A stretch of DNA of 64,000 nucleotides from Octopus vulgaris (GCA_951406725.2 OX597836.1:7750001-7814000); one strand, 5' to 3'. Positions 1 through 13,475 are shown, numbered from the stretch's first letter. Notes: generated by a model from the letters alone, not told the origin. Translations and numbers: made by a program.

Positions 1-97
1 AACGATGTCGGAACTGGTGGGTCAAGGTTGGAATCGCCTCTTGTTGATTGTTGGTCTGTTGAGCCAGTGCTAACTGGAGCTAAACTTGCCACTCTCA

Positions 98-250
98 CTG
101 CCACCACCACCATCATTACCACCACTACCACAACTACTACTACCACCACCACCATCACTACCACTACTACTACTACTACAGTGACTACTAAAACTACTAT
201 TACTACCACCACTACCAACGCCACCGCTACTACTACTACTACTACTACTA
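98..250. repeat. Mixed (ACC/ACT)n trinucleotide tract
   Basis: Imperfect accaccact/actact repeats. Confidence 0.9.
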
Positions 251-566
251 AAATAGACATGTTACACAACTTTGAGGTTTTGTGTCAGTAAAATGGCAAG
301 TCATGTAAAAAACAAAACAAAAATAAAAACAAAAAAAAGACATAAAAATCATAAAAAAACCTGCTTAAAATTTCCGGTCTAGTTAGTTTGTTGTAATAAG
401 TTGACTCTTTGGTGTGGAGAGAAACTATATTGCAGTCTGAGAAATTAGTAAATTGCCAAACAATATACCTCCTGATTGATTCATTGATTTCCAATGTTCA
501 ATAATTTACGGTAGCAAACTAAAATCACAATTATAGTATTATAGTATCTAACTTTTAATTCTATTG

Positions 567-576
567 ATATATATAT

Positions 577-633
<57 letters not shown>

Positions 634-736
634 TACATACATACACACATACATACATACATACATAGATATATACACACACAAATATCTAAATATGATC
701 TATATAAAATATATACACATATAATGTACATTGTGC

Positions 737-767
<31 letters not shown>

Positions 768-867
768 TACATACATACACACACACACATATATATGCAT
801 AGATATATACACACACAAATATCTAAATATGATCTATATAAAATATATATACACATATAATGTACAT

Positions 868-907
<40 letters not shown>

Positions 908-1045
908 CATACATGTATATGTATAAATATACACGCACACATATATATAAAATATACATAAGGTGGGTTGTGTGTATTTGTATATATATATATATGTATA
1001 TATATATGTGTGTGTGTGTGTGTATACATACACACACACACACAA
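567..1045. repeat. Compound (TA)n/(CA)n/(TACA)n microsatellite with a ~135-bp tandem duplication
   Basis: The block aaatatctaaatatgatctatataaaa...aatgtacattgtgcatatata occurs near 683-740 and again near 817-875. Confidence 0.9.
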
Positions 1046-1509
1046 CTGAGAAAGCTAACAGACTTCAAAGCCATTTAAATACCATAATAATAATTTAAAT
1101 TCTTGAAATTAGAGATAAAGGGTGTTAATTTTCTGTGTGTATGTTTGTGTGAATAACTAAATTGGAAAATGTTCCATCAATGCAATGATTACCAATTTTC
1201 TGTCACTGTGGTAGTGGTTATTATTTTAGCCTGAAGTCACTCCTGGCCTGTGACCAAAAATATTCCATCACCACCATTCGATTGCATAACAAAATTCTTC
1301 ACTATAACAGCAGCTTTCGCTATTTAGCTGTGGTCGTGTGGTTGGGTGATTGACTCTGGTTGTTGGTGGGAATTGAATCCTCTGGTGGAATTTGAACTCG
1401 ACATCATCCTAGAATGAAACATTTGAGCACAGCTGTTTGAATGCTTATTATTTGGCATGACTGACAGGATATTCGGCCTGTTTTGGCACACACATACACA
1501 CACACATAC

Positions 1510-1990
1510 ATACACACATACACATACAGGTAAAGAGAATGAGATGAAGAGCACGAAAGACATTACTATTTGTGGAAGTGGTAGACCCAGGAAGACATGC
1601 AATGGAGTGGTGAGAAAGGATCTGCAGATGCTGGGCCTCAATGAGGAAATGACAAGGGACCGGGAGTTGTGGAAATTTATTGTACTCAAGAAGACGAATC
1701 AATCCTAGTAAAATTGCTGTCATCCATACATACAGGCTTGTCCTTTACAGGTGCTGGTGGCACATAACATGCACTCGTACTGGTGCTGCATAAATGCACC
1801 TGTGCTCGTGGCACGTAAAAAGCACTCACCACACTCTGTAAAGAGGTTGGTGTTAGGAAGGATATCCACTGATATAAACTATGCCACAAGAGGCAATTAG
1901 AATCTGGACAGCTCCCTGATAGGTCAGCTCTTGTCAGACCACCCAGCCCATGCCAGCATGGAAAACGGATGCTAAATGATGATGATAATG
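1510..1990 (+). mobile_element. RTE-type LINE 3' fragment followed by a SINE (family C)
   Basis: Translation GSGRPRKTCNGVVRKDLQMLGLNEEMTRDRELWK resembles the RTE ORF C-terminus; then ggtgttaggaagg...catgccagcatggaaaacgga...(gat)n. Confidence 0.7.
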
Positions 1991-3361
1991 ACTAGCATAA
2001 ACACTTTCCCTCTCCTCATACACATAAAGTGAAATGTGCTGACATAAGTCAGAGGGAGAGAGGGAGGAAGAGATAGAGAGAGAGAAGTAGAGAGAGAGAG
2101 AGAGATAGGAGAAGAGAATGAGAGAAACATTAAGATGCCTGTCGTTAAAATTAGTTGGCATTCAATCAGCAATGCCGAAGAAGCAGCACCAAAATGACTA
2201 TGCTGAAACATCTCATATCCTTATCACGATCAGTTTTGACGACTAACTTTCCATGTTGGCATGGGTTAAAAGAAGCTCATATTTTGGGGCAGAGTTTTCT
2301 ATGGTTAGATGCCCTTTCTCTTGTGAACTCTCAACTATTTTTCAAAAGTGGCAAAGCAGCTGGTGAGCTTGCACTTAATTAGGATGACCTTCGTTATAGT
2401 GTCATCAACGCACTTCAGGTGTATGATACATGATGACAATGATGTGTGTGTTTAAGGCTTTGATTGGCCCAGGGTTAAAGTAGAACCCACTTATGTACTA
2501 TGCAGTGGGACTGAACCTGAAACCACATAGTTGGCAAGTGAACTTCTTAACCAGACAGCCATATCTGTGCACCTGTAGATATATAATTTAAATTGTTTGA
2601 GGTGTGTGTCTTGAAATAAGTTAATTGTTATTTAGCCACAGGTCACTCCTAGTTGTGCTGACTTACAAGCATTGAATTCCAGCAATGACCATCCCATCTT
2701 TTATTCATACAGTTTATATTCTTTTTTTTTATTGTTTACTGATAGGGGAAATGTGATGTGCAGGAGAAATTTTACTATGATTTCTAGCATATCAAGCAAT
2801 GATGTTTTAAATCCTCCTTGTTAGATTAGCTGAAATGAAGGTTAGTTAAAAGTGGATGTATATAATTTATCCCTTTTAACGCTAAAAAAAAAAATAATTC
2901 TTATCTCATTTTAATTAATGAACACAAAATAATCCTGTTGTCAATAAATTTTGTTTCACAAAATTAATTAAAACTTTTAAATTCTTGGCAAATTGTGCAA
3001 GGAACTGTATTTGTGAATTGATTGAATTAAGTTCGTTAAAGACCAACATTACAGCACTTCATCTTACAGTATCAAGTTTGTTGTGTTTAGCCCCAGGTAG
3101 CATTGATTGACAATCAAAACTATGATGAAAGGCATTTTAATCATAGCTAACCCTACCTAAATTGGGAATTTTTTTCTTAAAGAGATAAATGATGTCTAGC
3201 TCTACCTGTCTTTCATATATACATTTGTTGTTTTTTTTTAAAAACTAGGATGGCTTAAGGGGCATTTGGCTATTATTTCTAACAGTTTGTGTTATGACAT
3301 AGAGGCTCTTGCATTGCCTTGGCTGAAGTTTAGCGTTGTCCTTTAGGATTTAAAGACCATC

Positions 3362-3575
3362 AGTGAGCAGAGAATCGTTAGCATACTGGGCAAAATGTTT
3401 AGTGGCATTATCTTCTGGCTTTATGTTCTGAGTTCAAATTTCACTCAGGTCGACTTTGCTTTTCATCCTCTTGGGGGTTGATAAAATAAGGAGCAGTTTG
3501 AGCATTGGGGTCGATGTAATCGATTAGCCCCCTCCTTCAAAATTTCAAGCCTTATGCCTATAATAGGAAGGTTAT
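3362..3575 (+). mobile_element. tRNA-derived SINE family A (representative; over 25 full or partial copies, e.g. 6420-6588, 9930-10130, 10550-11485, 28928-29150, 36005-36600, 43215-44590, 48570-49010, 53335-53630, 61643-62070)
   Basis: Shared gagttcaaat (B-box-like)...gactttgcctttcatcctttcggggtcgataaaataagtaccag...ggccttgtgcc with (TTA)n tail. The central segment resembles the Nin/Deu SINE domain as I recall it. Confidence 0.85.
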
Positions 3576-3604
3576 TTTGTTTTGATTTTATGTTGTCTCC
3601 TTTG

Positions 3605-3970
3605 CCAATCATTAGATTCTGCCCATACTGGGGCACCACCTTGAAGAATTTTTTAGGTAAAATCAACCCAAGTACTTATTTATTTATTCAAGTCTGATGC
3701 TTATTCTATCAGTCTTTTTGCTGAACCGCTAAGTTAAGGGGTCATAAAGACACCAACACCAGTTGTCAGTTGGTGGTGGGAGACAAACACAGACACAAAG
3801 AAACACAAACATACAAACACACAATATACAGTGGGCTTCTTTCAGTTTCTGCCTACCAAATCTACTCACAAGACTTTGGTTGGTCAAGGCCTATAGTAGA
3901 AGACATTTGCCCAAGGTGCCACGCAGTGGGTCTGAACTTGGAACTATGTGGTTGAGAAGCAAACTTTTTT
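3605..3970 (-). mobile_element. tRNA-derived CORE-like SINE family B (representative; also 20395-20785, 26860-27265, 28570-28890, 39808-40190, 42070-42500, 45610-46010, 56648-56935 and others)
   Basis: Shared ggttcagtcccactg...gcaccttgggcaagtgtcttctactatagcc...ggaaactgaaagaagcc-(TA/TG)n-...ccagcatggcc...gactgaaacaagtaaaaga. The ccttgggcaag motif resembles the CORE domain of octopus OR1/OR2-type SINEs. Confidence 0.85.
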
Positions 3971-4561
3971 AGCCTTCGCTACCATCTGCTGCTGCCTAGC
4001 AACAGCATATCCACTAAAACAATCTCACTAAATAGCCATGTTGTGGCAGGAAACTATCACCTCATTGACAGCAACATTTCTCTAAATATTTTCTGTGCTC
4101 TTCACAGCAAGCTGTGTTTGTTTGGCTGTTGCTACTATTGGTATTGATATTCCTGAGTTTTGTGTTTTTTTAATATCCTGAAGGAGACAAGCTTTACTTG
4201 CAGCCTATAGTGAGGCCCTCTTGGGGTAATAAAAAAAATTGAAGGAAAAAGAGAAAAATAAGGGGTTTGGTTGAGTTAAGTACAGTCAGTGAAGATTTAG
4301 GATGTAATGTTTTCAGAAGACAGGGGAAAGGAAGAGGATTTCCCCTTGCAGTAGTGTTTAGTATGAAGGGGGTAGAGGTAAATGGGGGTGGGGAAATGTT
4401 GAAAGGGGTTAGGACCTTAGACAGTTCAGAAGATGGGAAAACAGGGGCCAGGGCTAGCAAGTTTAAAATAGCAAACCCTTTTTACTAGAAGATATCAGTA
4501 GGGAAGAGGTATTTAAGCATATGATTAGCTTCATGAAAATATAATATTGTAAAGAAATATA

Positions 4562-4785
4562 CAGGGTTGGCCAAAAGTCAGCTGACTGTAAATCAAAACC
4601 ATTTAATTCCAAGATTTATTTATGTTTAACAACTGAATGAATTTAATAAAAGCATCTAAATATGAAACATCAGGAAAATTGTTCAAACTGAAGTCCTTCT
4701 CAAGCGACACATTTTCCCCACTCGAATCAATACAGAATTACTGATAGTATTTATATAATTTTAATTTACTGTCGGGTGACTTTTG
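4562..4785. mobile_element. Tc1/mariner-like MITE, right end truncated
   Basis: TA|cagggttggccaaaagtcagctgactgtaaat on the left; atttactgtcgggtgacttttg on the right is its imperfect reverse complement. Confidence 0.55.
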
Positions 4786-5689
4786 TATTATTTAGGAACA
4801 GACATGATTGGGGTTCAATCTCACTGCATGCCATCACCTTGGGCAAGTGATTTCTGCTTTTGGTGATTTGATTCATTCATCTGAAATCAATTGGCTGAAA
4901 CTAGAAGTGATCTCATGTGGTGGGGAAAGCATTCATCTCTTCAGTCAGCTTTGTGAGTGGATTTGGTTGATGGAAACTGAAAGAAGCCTGTTTTATATCA
5001 TCATCATCACCATCATCATACATCTGTTTTCCATGCTGGCATGGGTTGGACGGTTTGATAGGAGCTCTCCAGCTGAAGAGCTGCCTGGGATCCATGTCTG
5101 TTTCGATCTGTTTCTATGGCTGGATGCCCTTCCTAATGCCAACCACTTTACAGAGTGTACTGAGTGCTTTTACATGACACCAGTATGGGTGCTTTTTATG
5201 TGACACCAGCACCCACAAGCCCTTAAGATTAGGAACACTCAGCAGAAGAGGGATGCAGGGAACACACACACACACACATACAGTATATCTTATGCATACA
5301 AATAGATGTATGACTAATACACTCACACTCGCACACATACACACACATAGTGTGCTTCCACATAGTTTCCATCTGCCAGATTTCACTCACTAAGCATTGG
5401 TCAACAAAAGACTATAGCTGAAGACATTTGCCCAAGATGCTGTGCAGTGGAAACAAGCCTAGAATCACTGGGTCATAAAATGGGCTTCTTTACACTACAG
5501 TTCCGCTTGTGCCCATTTTCGTGTACTTTATCCTGACTTCATCCAAATTCTTTAAATATTCCTACTTCAGTCTGTAAAATGACGCTTCAGTGCATTGAAA
5601 ATTCCAGACATTTTTGTAATTTCCATTTTTATTTATTTTATCTTTTTTTTTTAAATCAGAAATTTCAAGCCGCAGTGTAATTTATTAGT

Positions 5690-5740
5690 AACACATACAC
5701 ATATATGTATATGTATGTATGGGTGTGTATGTGTATATAG

Positions 5741-5814
<74 letters not shown>

Positions 5815-5863
5815 ACATGTATATGCATATATGCATATAAGTGTATATGTGTGTATATGTATG

Positions 5864-5896
<33 letters not shown>

Positions 5897-6075
5897 ACAT
5901 GTATATACATATATGCATATAAGTGTATATGTGTGTATATGTATGTATATATATGTGTGTGTGTGTGTGTACATGTATATACATATATGCATATAAGTGT
6001 ATATGTGTGTATATGTATATTCATATATGCATATAAGTGTATGTGTATATGTATGTATGCATACACACACACAAA
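5690..6075. repeat. Compound microsatellite with 3-4 higher-order ~70-bp units
   Basis: gtacatgtatat(a/g)catatatgcatataagtgtatatgtgtgtatatgtat recurs near 5812, 5895 and 5969. Confidence 0.85.
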
Positions 6076-7248
6076 CACTAGTACTGTTAGATGAGAGGAA
6101 AATTACTCAGTACTTGATGTAGAGTATAGCTGATTTAATTCAGTCATCTGAAAACCTTTGGCTGAAACTAGAAGAGACTTCATGTGTTCTGGGGTGATGG
6201 TGGGGCAGCGCTCATCTCATCAGCCAGCCATTGTTACATTCATTTGATAGATGCTTCATACCAGTTCTATATTATAGTGTAGGCTCCTGTACAACACCCA
6301 AAAGTAGTGATTTAGCAAAATCATTAGAGTGATGGATAGTATCTCATGTCGTATTTATTCTGAATGTTTGTGTTTTGAGTTCAAATCACACAGAATCAAC
6401 TTTGGCTTTCATCCCTTTTGGTGGTGAAATGCTTAACAGTATTTCATTTGCTGCTGCGTTCTGAGTTCAAATTCTGCCAAGGTTGACTTTGCCTTTCATC
6501 TTTTTGGGGTCGATACATTAAGTACCAGTTGCATACTGGAGTCGATCTAATCAACTGGCCCCCTCCCCCAAAATTTCGGGGCTTATGCATATAATTTGCT
6601 GTTCCCATACCATTCACATACAATGTGGTGTCAATGAAATAGGTGTCATTGAAGGACATTGGATTTGTGGAACTGTTAGAAGATCAGGTCAGATGCCTTG
6701 TAGACCAGATCTGGGTCTTTGCATTCTGTCATCAGTGCTTGTGATGACATTAGTTCCAAGCTGTATCAGCTCAAGTTGGTGGCCTTTCATTTGGATAAAC
6801 ACTAGAGGCATGGAGCTGGGGAGACTGGCGTGCATGACCAACAGCTAGTGTTCCTCAGAAATATCTTACTCAGGCTTGTGTATACCTGTACAGATTCATG
6901 GTTAACATTGGCTGAGAGAAGCTTTACAACTCTCAGTATCATATAATATCCTGATGACAGTCCTATGCAACCTTCAGCTCTTGAGCAGCCCATCTAAGGG
7001 AAGGTAACTCTGTACAACTCCTGCAGGCTTGTGGCACTTGTTGAACTAGACTAATACAGTTTTGAAAGTTGAGACAGTGGGACTGGTTCTGCGCAGACAC
7101 TGCCCACATTAATAATATTATTCATCATGCAAGTTGTTCAGCCATCTTACTGAACCCTCATCCATTAAAGCAATGAGACAGTCTACCACCGCCATATATA
7201 GATAAAATTTTTTATATTTCTTTATCCTGCTGAACCTCTCAAAACTAG

Positions 7249-7315
7249 ACACCAATATCTAAGCATTATCCAACCCTAATTAGGTTACCACTGAAGAAAG
7301 CTGAACAATGCCAAA
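7249..7315 (+). CDS. Weak candidate upstream exon (TPISKHYPTLIRLPLKKAEQCQ), phase 0 to 1
   Basis: ...tttctttatcctgctgaacctctcaaaactag| and donor AAA|gtaagc. The open frame ends in phase 1, compatible with the CT start of exon 14180. The acceptor is mediocre. Confidence 0.25.
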
Positions 7316-7652
7316 GTAAGCGATCTCCAAAGACTATGAACCTACAAACACATTCCACTTTACAAGAATGAAGAACAACTCAGAAGAATGAGATTAAGAT
7401 ATAAGAAATTCACAATTGAGCATAACACGTGTCTCCCGATATATCAATAAAGAAATTCATTTTCATTATAGCGGTTCATATATTAATTTTCAGTTTCTAT
7501 TTTTATATATTTTCATTTATTCTTTTATTCATTTGCTTTTTCATCATTTTTTATGATACTGTTTTTTATGTTGTTTTATAATTTATTTTTCTTATTATTC
7601 ATCTTTTATTTAACGTTTTTTTGTTGCTTACTCTCACATTTCTTTTTAAATT

Positions 7653-7690
<38 letters not shown>

Positions 7691-8778
7691 TGGTGGTGGT
7701 GGTGGGGTATTCTCTTTTACCCCTTTTTTTCTTTGTTAGTCCCCACCATTTTTGTATTTTGAATTAAATTCCTTCTGTCAGCAATTATCTCAAATTTTTT
7801 TTCTCCTTCTTTGAGCATTAAGTTTCCAACAACTATATTATTTCAGAAATTTCCCTTCAGTTGTCATGTTTTGGTATTTGGGTTCCTTTCCCTTCAAGTC
7901 TTCTGATAAACAAGAATTTCTGACATGTTGGTCACAAGACAGTTTTGTTTGTTTCTTTCTTTCAGATGTGGGTCATTTCATTCTTTGTTTATTCAAAAGA
8001 ACTCTTTGTTTGCCCTGTTAGTCTTGTTATTGATTTCTTTGTTCTTGAGAAACACATCATCATCATCATCGTTTTAACATCCACTTTTCCGTGCCTGCAT
8101 GGGTTAGAAGGAATTTGTTGAGGTAGATCTATGGTCAAATGATGCCCTTCCTGTCACTGACTCTCACCTGTTTTCAGCCAAAGTAATATTTTCCCATGGT
8201 CAGAAAAAAAATTGAGATAATTGCTATATTGAGATAGTTTCTATGGCTGGATGCCCTTCCTAATGCCAACCTCTTTTAAGAGTGTACTGGGTGCTTTTAT
8301 GTAGCACCAACCTGGGAGCTTTTTACATAGCATCAGCATGAGTACTTTATACAGGGTGCCAGCATGGATACTATTTATATGGCACCAGCATCGGTGCTTT
8401 TTTCCATAGAACCAGCATGGGTGCTTTTAATGTAGGACCAGTCCAGGCATTTTTTTTACCTGGAACCAGCACAGGTGTTTTATAACTGGCATCAGTACGG
8501 GTGCTGTTTATGTGGCACCAGTTAGTACAATCCATCCTTCATAGTTCTATACAGTTTTTGTTTACCGAATTTCACTCACGAGGAAAGGACTAATCCCAAG
8601 GCTATAGAAAACAACACTAGCCCCAAATTCCATTCAGTGGAATTGAACCTAGCACCTCATTCGTGGTTGCAAAGTGAACTTCTTTTCTTTGCCCTTCAAC
8701 CATACTATGCCTTCTTAGTATCGTAAATAGATAAATGAAAAGAAGTAGCTAGTTTCAGTGAAGTTTCAGTATTTCATG

Positions 8779-8828
<50 letters not shown>

Positions 8829-9299
8829 TGTTTGTTTTATTATTTTTTTACTATCAGACTTACTGAGTAAATAATGAGACTAACTAGTTTATTGTTTATT
8901 ATAGATATTAATCATAGGGAAATGGAATTAATTATTTACCTGGAATCCAGTGTTTAGTGCTAATTGTTAGTGCAGTATGTCTTGCATTGTTTACACAAGT
9001 GATTGCAACTGCACAACTATACCATGTTTAGTTGGCACAGTTAAATAATTAACGATGATAGGAATCTGATCTAAATGAAAGCATTTAATTACATAAAAGT
9101 AGAGGCTTGTTATTGTTCATTTGCCAGTTTCATGTTAAGTAACAGGAAAAACTAATGATGATGATAATAATAATAATAATGATAATGATAATAAATGGTT
9201 GCTTTCTGATATTTCTTTTGGCATTTTCTACAAAATAATTTCATTTCTTGTACGCTTTGAGAAACAATGATTATAATAATAATGTTGATGATAATGATG

Positions 9300-9800
9300 A
9301 TTATAATGATAATAATAGAGTTTGTTTTGCATGTGCAGAAAAGGAGTTGTGACCGTTTTGTAGGAATAGAAATGGAAGTCCTTGTGAACCATGTGGCGAG
9401 AGTGTTGCAAGATTTTCTTATACAAACTGAAAGAAGAATAGAACGCAATGGGCCAGATATTGTAGTTGTTGATAAGAAGAAACTGTGTATTGTTATCAAT
9501 GTGGCATGCCTGGCTGATACCAGAATGGAAAGAAAAATGTGAGGGAGAGAGAGAGAGAGAGAGACAAAGGAAAAGAGTATTATACTGGACTTGATGTCTG
9601 AAATCATCAAATGCTAGAACAAAGAGGTTAACAAGGGCAAGACACTGCCAGTTGTCACTGACTGGGACATTGAGAATAGTGGCAAAGGTTTTGAAAGCAA
9701 ACCTTGGAAAAGTCAATGTTATATTCTTGGTGTGAGTGCAATGCAGAAAACTTGTCCACTTGGATCTGCAAGAATTATCCGGAAAAACATCAATACAAAG
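9300..9800 (+). mobile_element. Decayed non-LTR retrotransposon, restriction-like endonuclease domain (R4/Dong-like); related pieces at 10990-11215 (+), 30230-30620 (-), 30904-31735 (-)
   Basis: VLQDFLIQTERRIERNGPDIVVVDKKKLCIVINVACLAD here and ILWNMLIHTDREIKANRPDIDVKD at 31.6 kb match the RPDI-type RLE motif; lies next to (TAA)n-like tracts. Confidence 0.75.
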
Positions 9801-10130
9801 TGAAAACAGACAGGAAGAGCAGAAAAATACCCTAAGGTAGAATATGCAGTTCATCCTAGATTATTGGTTTTAGTTTGATAGGAAATATAATTAAATTGGC
9901 TGTAACATCAATGCTGTAACTACAACATAATTGTTTTTAATTTTGGCACATTTTTATAATGAGAGAGCAGGTTGATTACATTGAGTCTAGTGCTTAACTG
10001 GTGCTCATTTTATTGGTCTGAAAGGATAAGTTGACCTTGGTGGAATTTGAACTCAGAACATAAAGAACTGGAAGAAATGCTGCTAAGCATTTTGTCTGAT
10101 GCTCTACCAATTCTGTTTACTCACCACCTT

Positions 10131-10512
10131 GTGGACATGCAATGGCCCTGTGGTTAGGGCAGTGGACTCGTGGTCATAGGATCGTGGTTTCGATTCCCAG
10201 ACCAGATGTTGTGAGTGTTTATTGAGCGAAAACACTTAAAAAGCTCCACGAGGCTGCGACAGGGGGTGGTGGCGAAACCCTGCTGTACTCTTTCACCACA
10301 ACTTTCTCTCCCTCTTCTTGTTTCTGTTGTACCTGTATTTCAAAGGAGCCAGCCTTGTCACATTCTGTGTCATGCTGAATCTCCCCGACAACTACATTAA
10401 GGGTACACACGTGTCTGTGGAGTGCTCAGCCACATGCACGTTAATTTCACAAGCAGGCTGTTCTGTTGATTGGATCAACTGGAACCCTTGTCATTGTAAC
10501 CGATGGAGTGCC
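10131..10512 (+). mobile_element. Full-length tRNA-derived SINE family D with 12-bp TSD
   Basis: tggccctgtggttaggg (A-box-like) and ggtttcgattccc (B-box-like). TSD actcaccacctt at 10119-10130 and 10513-10524. Homologous to 34537-35243 and to part of 57770-57990. Confidence 0.85.
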
Positions 10513-10732
10513 ACTCACCACCTTAATAATAATAATAATAATAATAATACTCTAGGCACAAGGCCCGAAATTTAGATCAACTCAGTACGCAACTGGTACT
10601 TAATTTATCAACCCCCAAAAGGATGAAAGGCAAAGTCAACCTCAGCAGAATTTGAACTCAGAATGCAGTGGCAGATAAAATACTGCTAAGCATTTCACCC
10701 AGCATACTAACAATTCTATCAGCTCACTGCCT

Positions 10733-10772
<40 letters not shown>

Positions 10773-11904
10773 TTCAAATTTTGGCACAAGGCCAGAAAGT
10801 TTGGGGGAAGGGACAAGTCAATAACAACAACCTCAGTACTCAACTTTATTGACCCTGAATGGATGAAGGTAGAGTAGACCTCGGTGGTATTTGAACTCAG
10901 AATGTAAACATGGATGAACTGTTGCAAATCATTTTGCCTGGTGTGCTAACGAATCTGCCAACTTGTTGCCTTAATAACGATAATTTGATAGAAAAGTGGA
11001 TGTCAAAGAAATTGTAAACTATCAAGATTTAACCAGAGAGATGAAGAGATTGCAAAACACAAAGGTGAACTTGGTAATTGGTAAACTTGGCACAAACTTC
11101 CAAACTGCTAACTTTTTGGCTAATGGTTGTTGGAATTGAGAATGCATTGTTGGCCTGCAGGAAAGTGCAATCTTGGATTCTGCAAGAATCCTCAGTAAGG
11201 TTCTTGAGATTTGAGGAGACTTGCTACAAAATCTCAAGTTAACGTCCCTGCTAATTAGATTAGCATACAGTAGCAGTTGTAGCAGTGATAATAATATTAA
11301 CCCTTTCTACAGTAGGCACAAGGTCTGGAATTTTGTGAGAGAGGGGCTAATCAATTACATCGACCCTGAAAGGATGAAAGACAAAGTTAACCTGGGTGGG
11401 ATTTGAACTCAGAATATAAAGATAGAAGAAAGCTGTTAAGCATTTTGTCCAGTGTGCTAATGATTCTGCCAGCTCACTGCCTTAATAATAATAATATTAG
11501 TAGTAGTAATAGTAGTAGTGATAATGATAATAATGAAGATGATGATGATGATAAATAAATGAGGTCAAAAGATTAAGAACATAGACTTTAAAAGAGTAAA
11601 TATAGAATAAGTTTTTGAAGTAAAGTAAAAGTTTTTGGTCATTTCTGAACAATTAGCCAAGTTTTTATTTTTACAATTTAGCGAGAATGTTTATCTTGGC
11701 TTATTTCCAAGACAAATTCTCGAAATGATTTTTGGTTTCGAATCAAGAATTGAGTCAGTTTAATTTCTTGAGTCTAGTAATACGAGTGCAAGTTCACAAA
11801 TTAAGCAAGCTTTGAAAACATTTCAGTTATTTCATGCAACTGTTCTCATAAGCTTTACAAATAGCACTGCAACTCACCAGAAAATTTTAGCACCATTTTG
11901 TCTG

Positions 11905-12345
11905 TTAGATATACATGGTTCATAGTTCAGAGTTTACATGCCGTTCATATTTCACTTGCAGTTTATATATCACATGCTATTCATACACATGCTGCTCACA
12001 ACTCAGTTTACATGCTGTTCACTGTTCACATGTAGTTGATATTTCACTTGCTGTTCACAGTTTACTGGAATGTAAACAGTAGATTAACTGTGAATAGTTT
12101 GTTGACTATGAACCTCACACACAGTTTATAGTGAACAAACCATTCACTATTCACAAGTTGTTTACTAATCATACACTGCTCATTGTTCATATTCTACTTG
12201 TTGTTCACACACAGTTCTTAATCAATAAACTGTTCACTCTTCACACATTGTTCACTGTTTACAGTTGATGACAGACTGTTCACATATAATTTGCTGTTCC
12301 CATACCATTCACATACAATGTATGGTCCATATGTTACATACTGTG
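11905..12345. repeat. Cryptic degenerate minisatellite built on (c/t)tgttcac(a/t)
   Basis: Many short-spaced gttcac/ttcaca/agttt motifs. Confidence 0.65.
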
Positions 12346-13269
12346 CCATAGTAACATTTAACACTTTAGTTACTGATTTCACTGACATTGAATACTTTGG
12401 TAAGTCTCAGGACCCTAATAGAAGATGCTTGCTTAAGATGCCATGCAATGAGACCGAACTCAAAACTGCATGGTTGACAGGTAAACATCTTAACCACACA
12501 GCCATGTCAGTTCTACAGTCAGTGGTCTCATTATATGATAATTAAATCTTTCTGAACTTAGGCCTCAGTCCCATTCACAGAATTTTTTTTTTTTTTTTTT
12601 TTTTTTTTGGTAAGAATTTTTATATAATTATGTATCAAAGTTAGTGAAACTCATTTACAGTATTATTTTATTTTGGTTAATCTTTTATGGAATCTACTTC
12701 GTCATTTCTAATTACATTTTTAGCATTTTCCTCTGCACTTTTATAGAACCATAAAAAGAAAAAAGAATTTTTTAAATAAATAAGGAGAAAATAAACAACA
12801 CAAAGAATTAACCCTTTCTTTTTTTTTATCTTTTTAAAGTTATATTTTCAGCACAGTAATTTGTACATTCTGTCCCGAATTCATACATTTTTTGTCGTTT
12901 TACTGTTTTAAGTCACATTTCCACTAACTCGATTAAGTACATTTGTATCTTTGCTGAAAATTAACAATGCTCTCAGAACTTGAATAAATGTTCTTCATTC
13001 TTTATTCTTTGGTCCACCAAAGCATTAACAACAAATGTCATGGAGTTATAATATCCAAGAAAGGTAGAATTTATTTTGGATCGATATTATAAAAAGGAAA
13101 ACTTTAAAAGTAAAATTATGTATTAAAGTATTAAGTAGTTATTTTAATCTGATTTTGTAAAGAAAAATAGCTAGGGCCTATTTGACTGCATTAAGATGGA
13201 GAAAGGTCCCTTCTATTAGTATTAACAATTTTCCATGTCAGCCTAATGTTGGCGTAGTATTCTAGTAAT

Positions 13270-13475
13270 TCTCTGTCTCTTTTCTCTCTTTTCTCTCTAT
13301 TCTTCTCTATCTCTTCCCTGTCTCTCTCAATCTCGTCTCTCTGTCTCTCTCTCTCCATGTATTCTCTCTGTCTCTCTCTCCATCTCTTCTCTCTCTCTCT
13401 CTCTCCATCTCTTCTCTCTATCCCTCACTATCTCTTCTCTCTGTCTCTCCATCTCTCTCTAGTCTCTCTGTGTCT
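13270..13475. repeat. Imperfect (CT)n pyrimidine tract
   Basis: Direct inspection. Confidence 0.9.

Noticed and set aside
481-1098. Many YI/CV/HT-rich ORFs (also 5651-6094, 22832-24025, 47281-47718, 52466-52997)
   Set aside because: Translations of (TA)n/(CA)n microsatellites, not genes.
10131-10210. tRNA-like A/B boxes (here and in other SINE heads)
   Set aside because: SINE promoters with no complete cloverleaf.
12370-12399. 30-nt AG/GT segment (TDFTDIEYF) phase-compatible with exon 14180
   Set aside because: It overlaps a decayed minus-strand SINE-B (ttcactgaca...ctttggt...atagaagatgcttgc) and has no pyrimidine tract.
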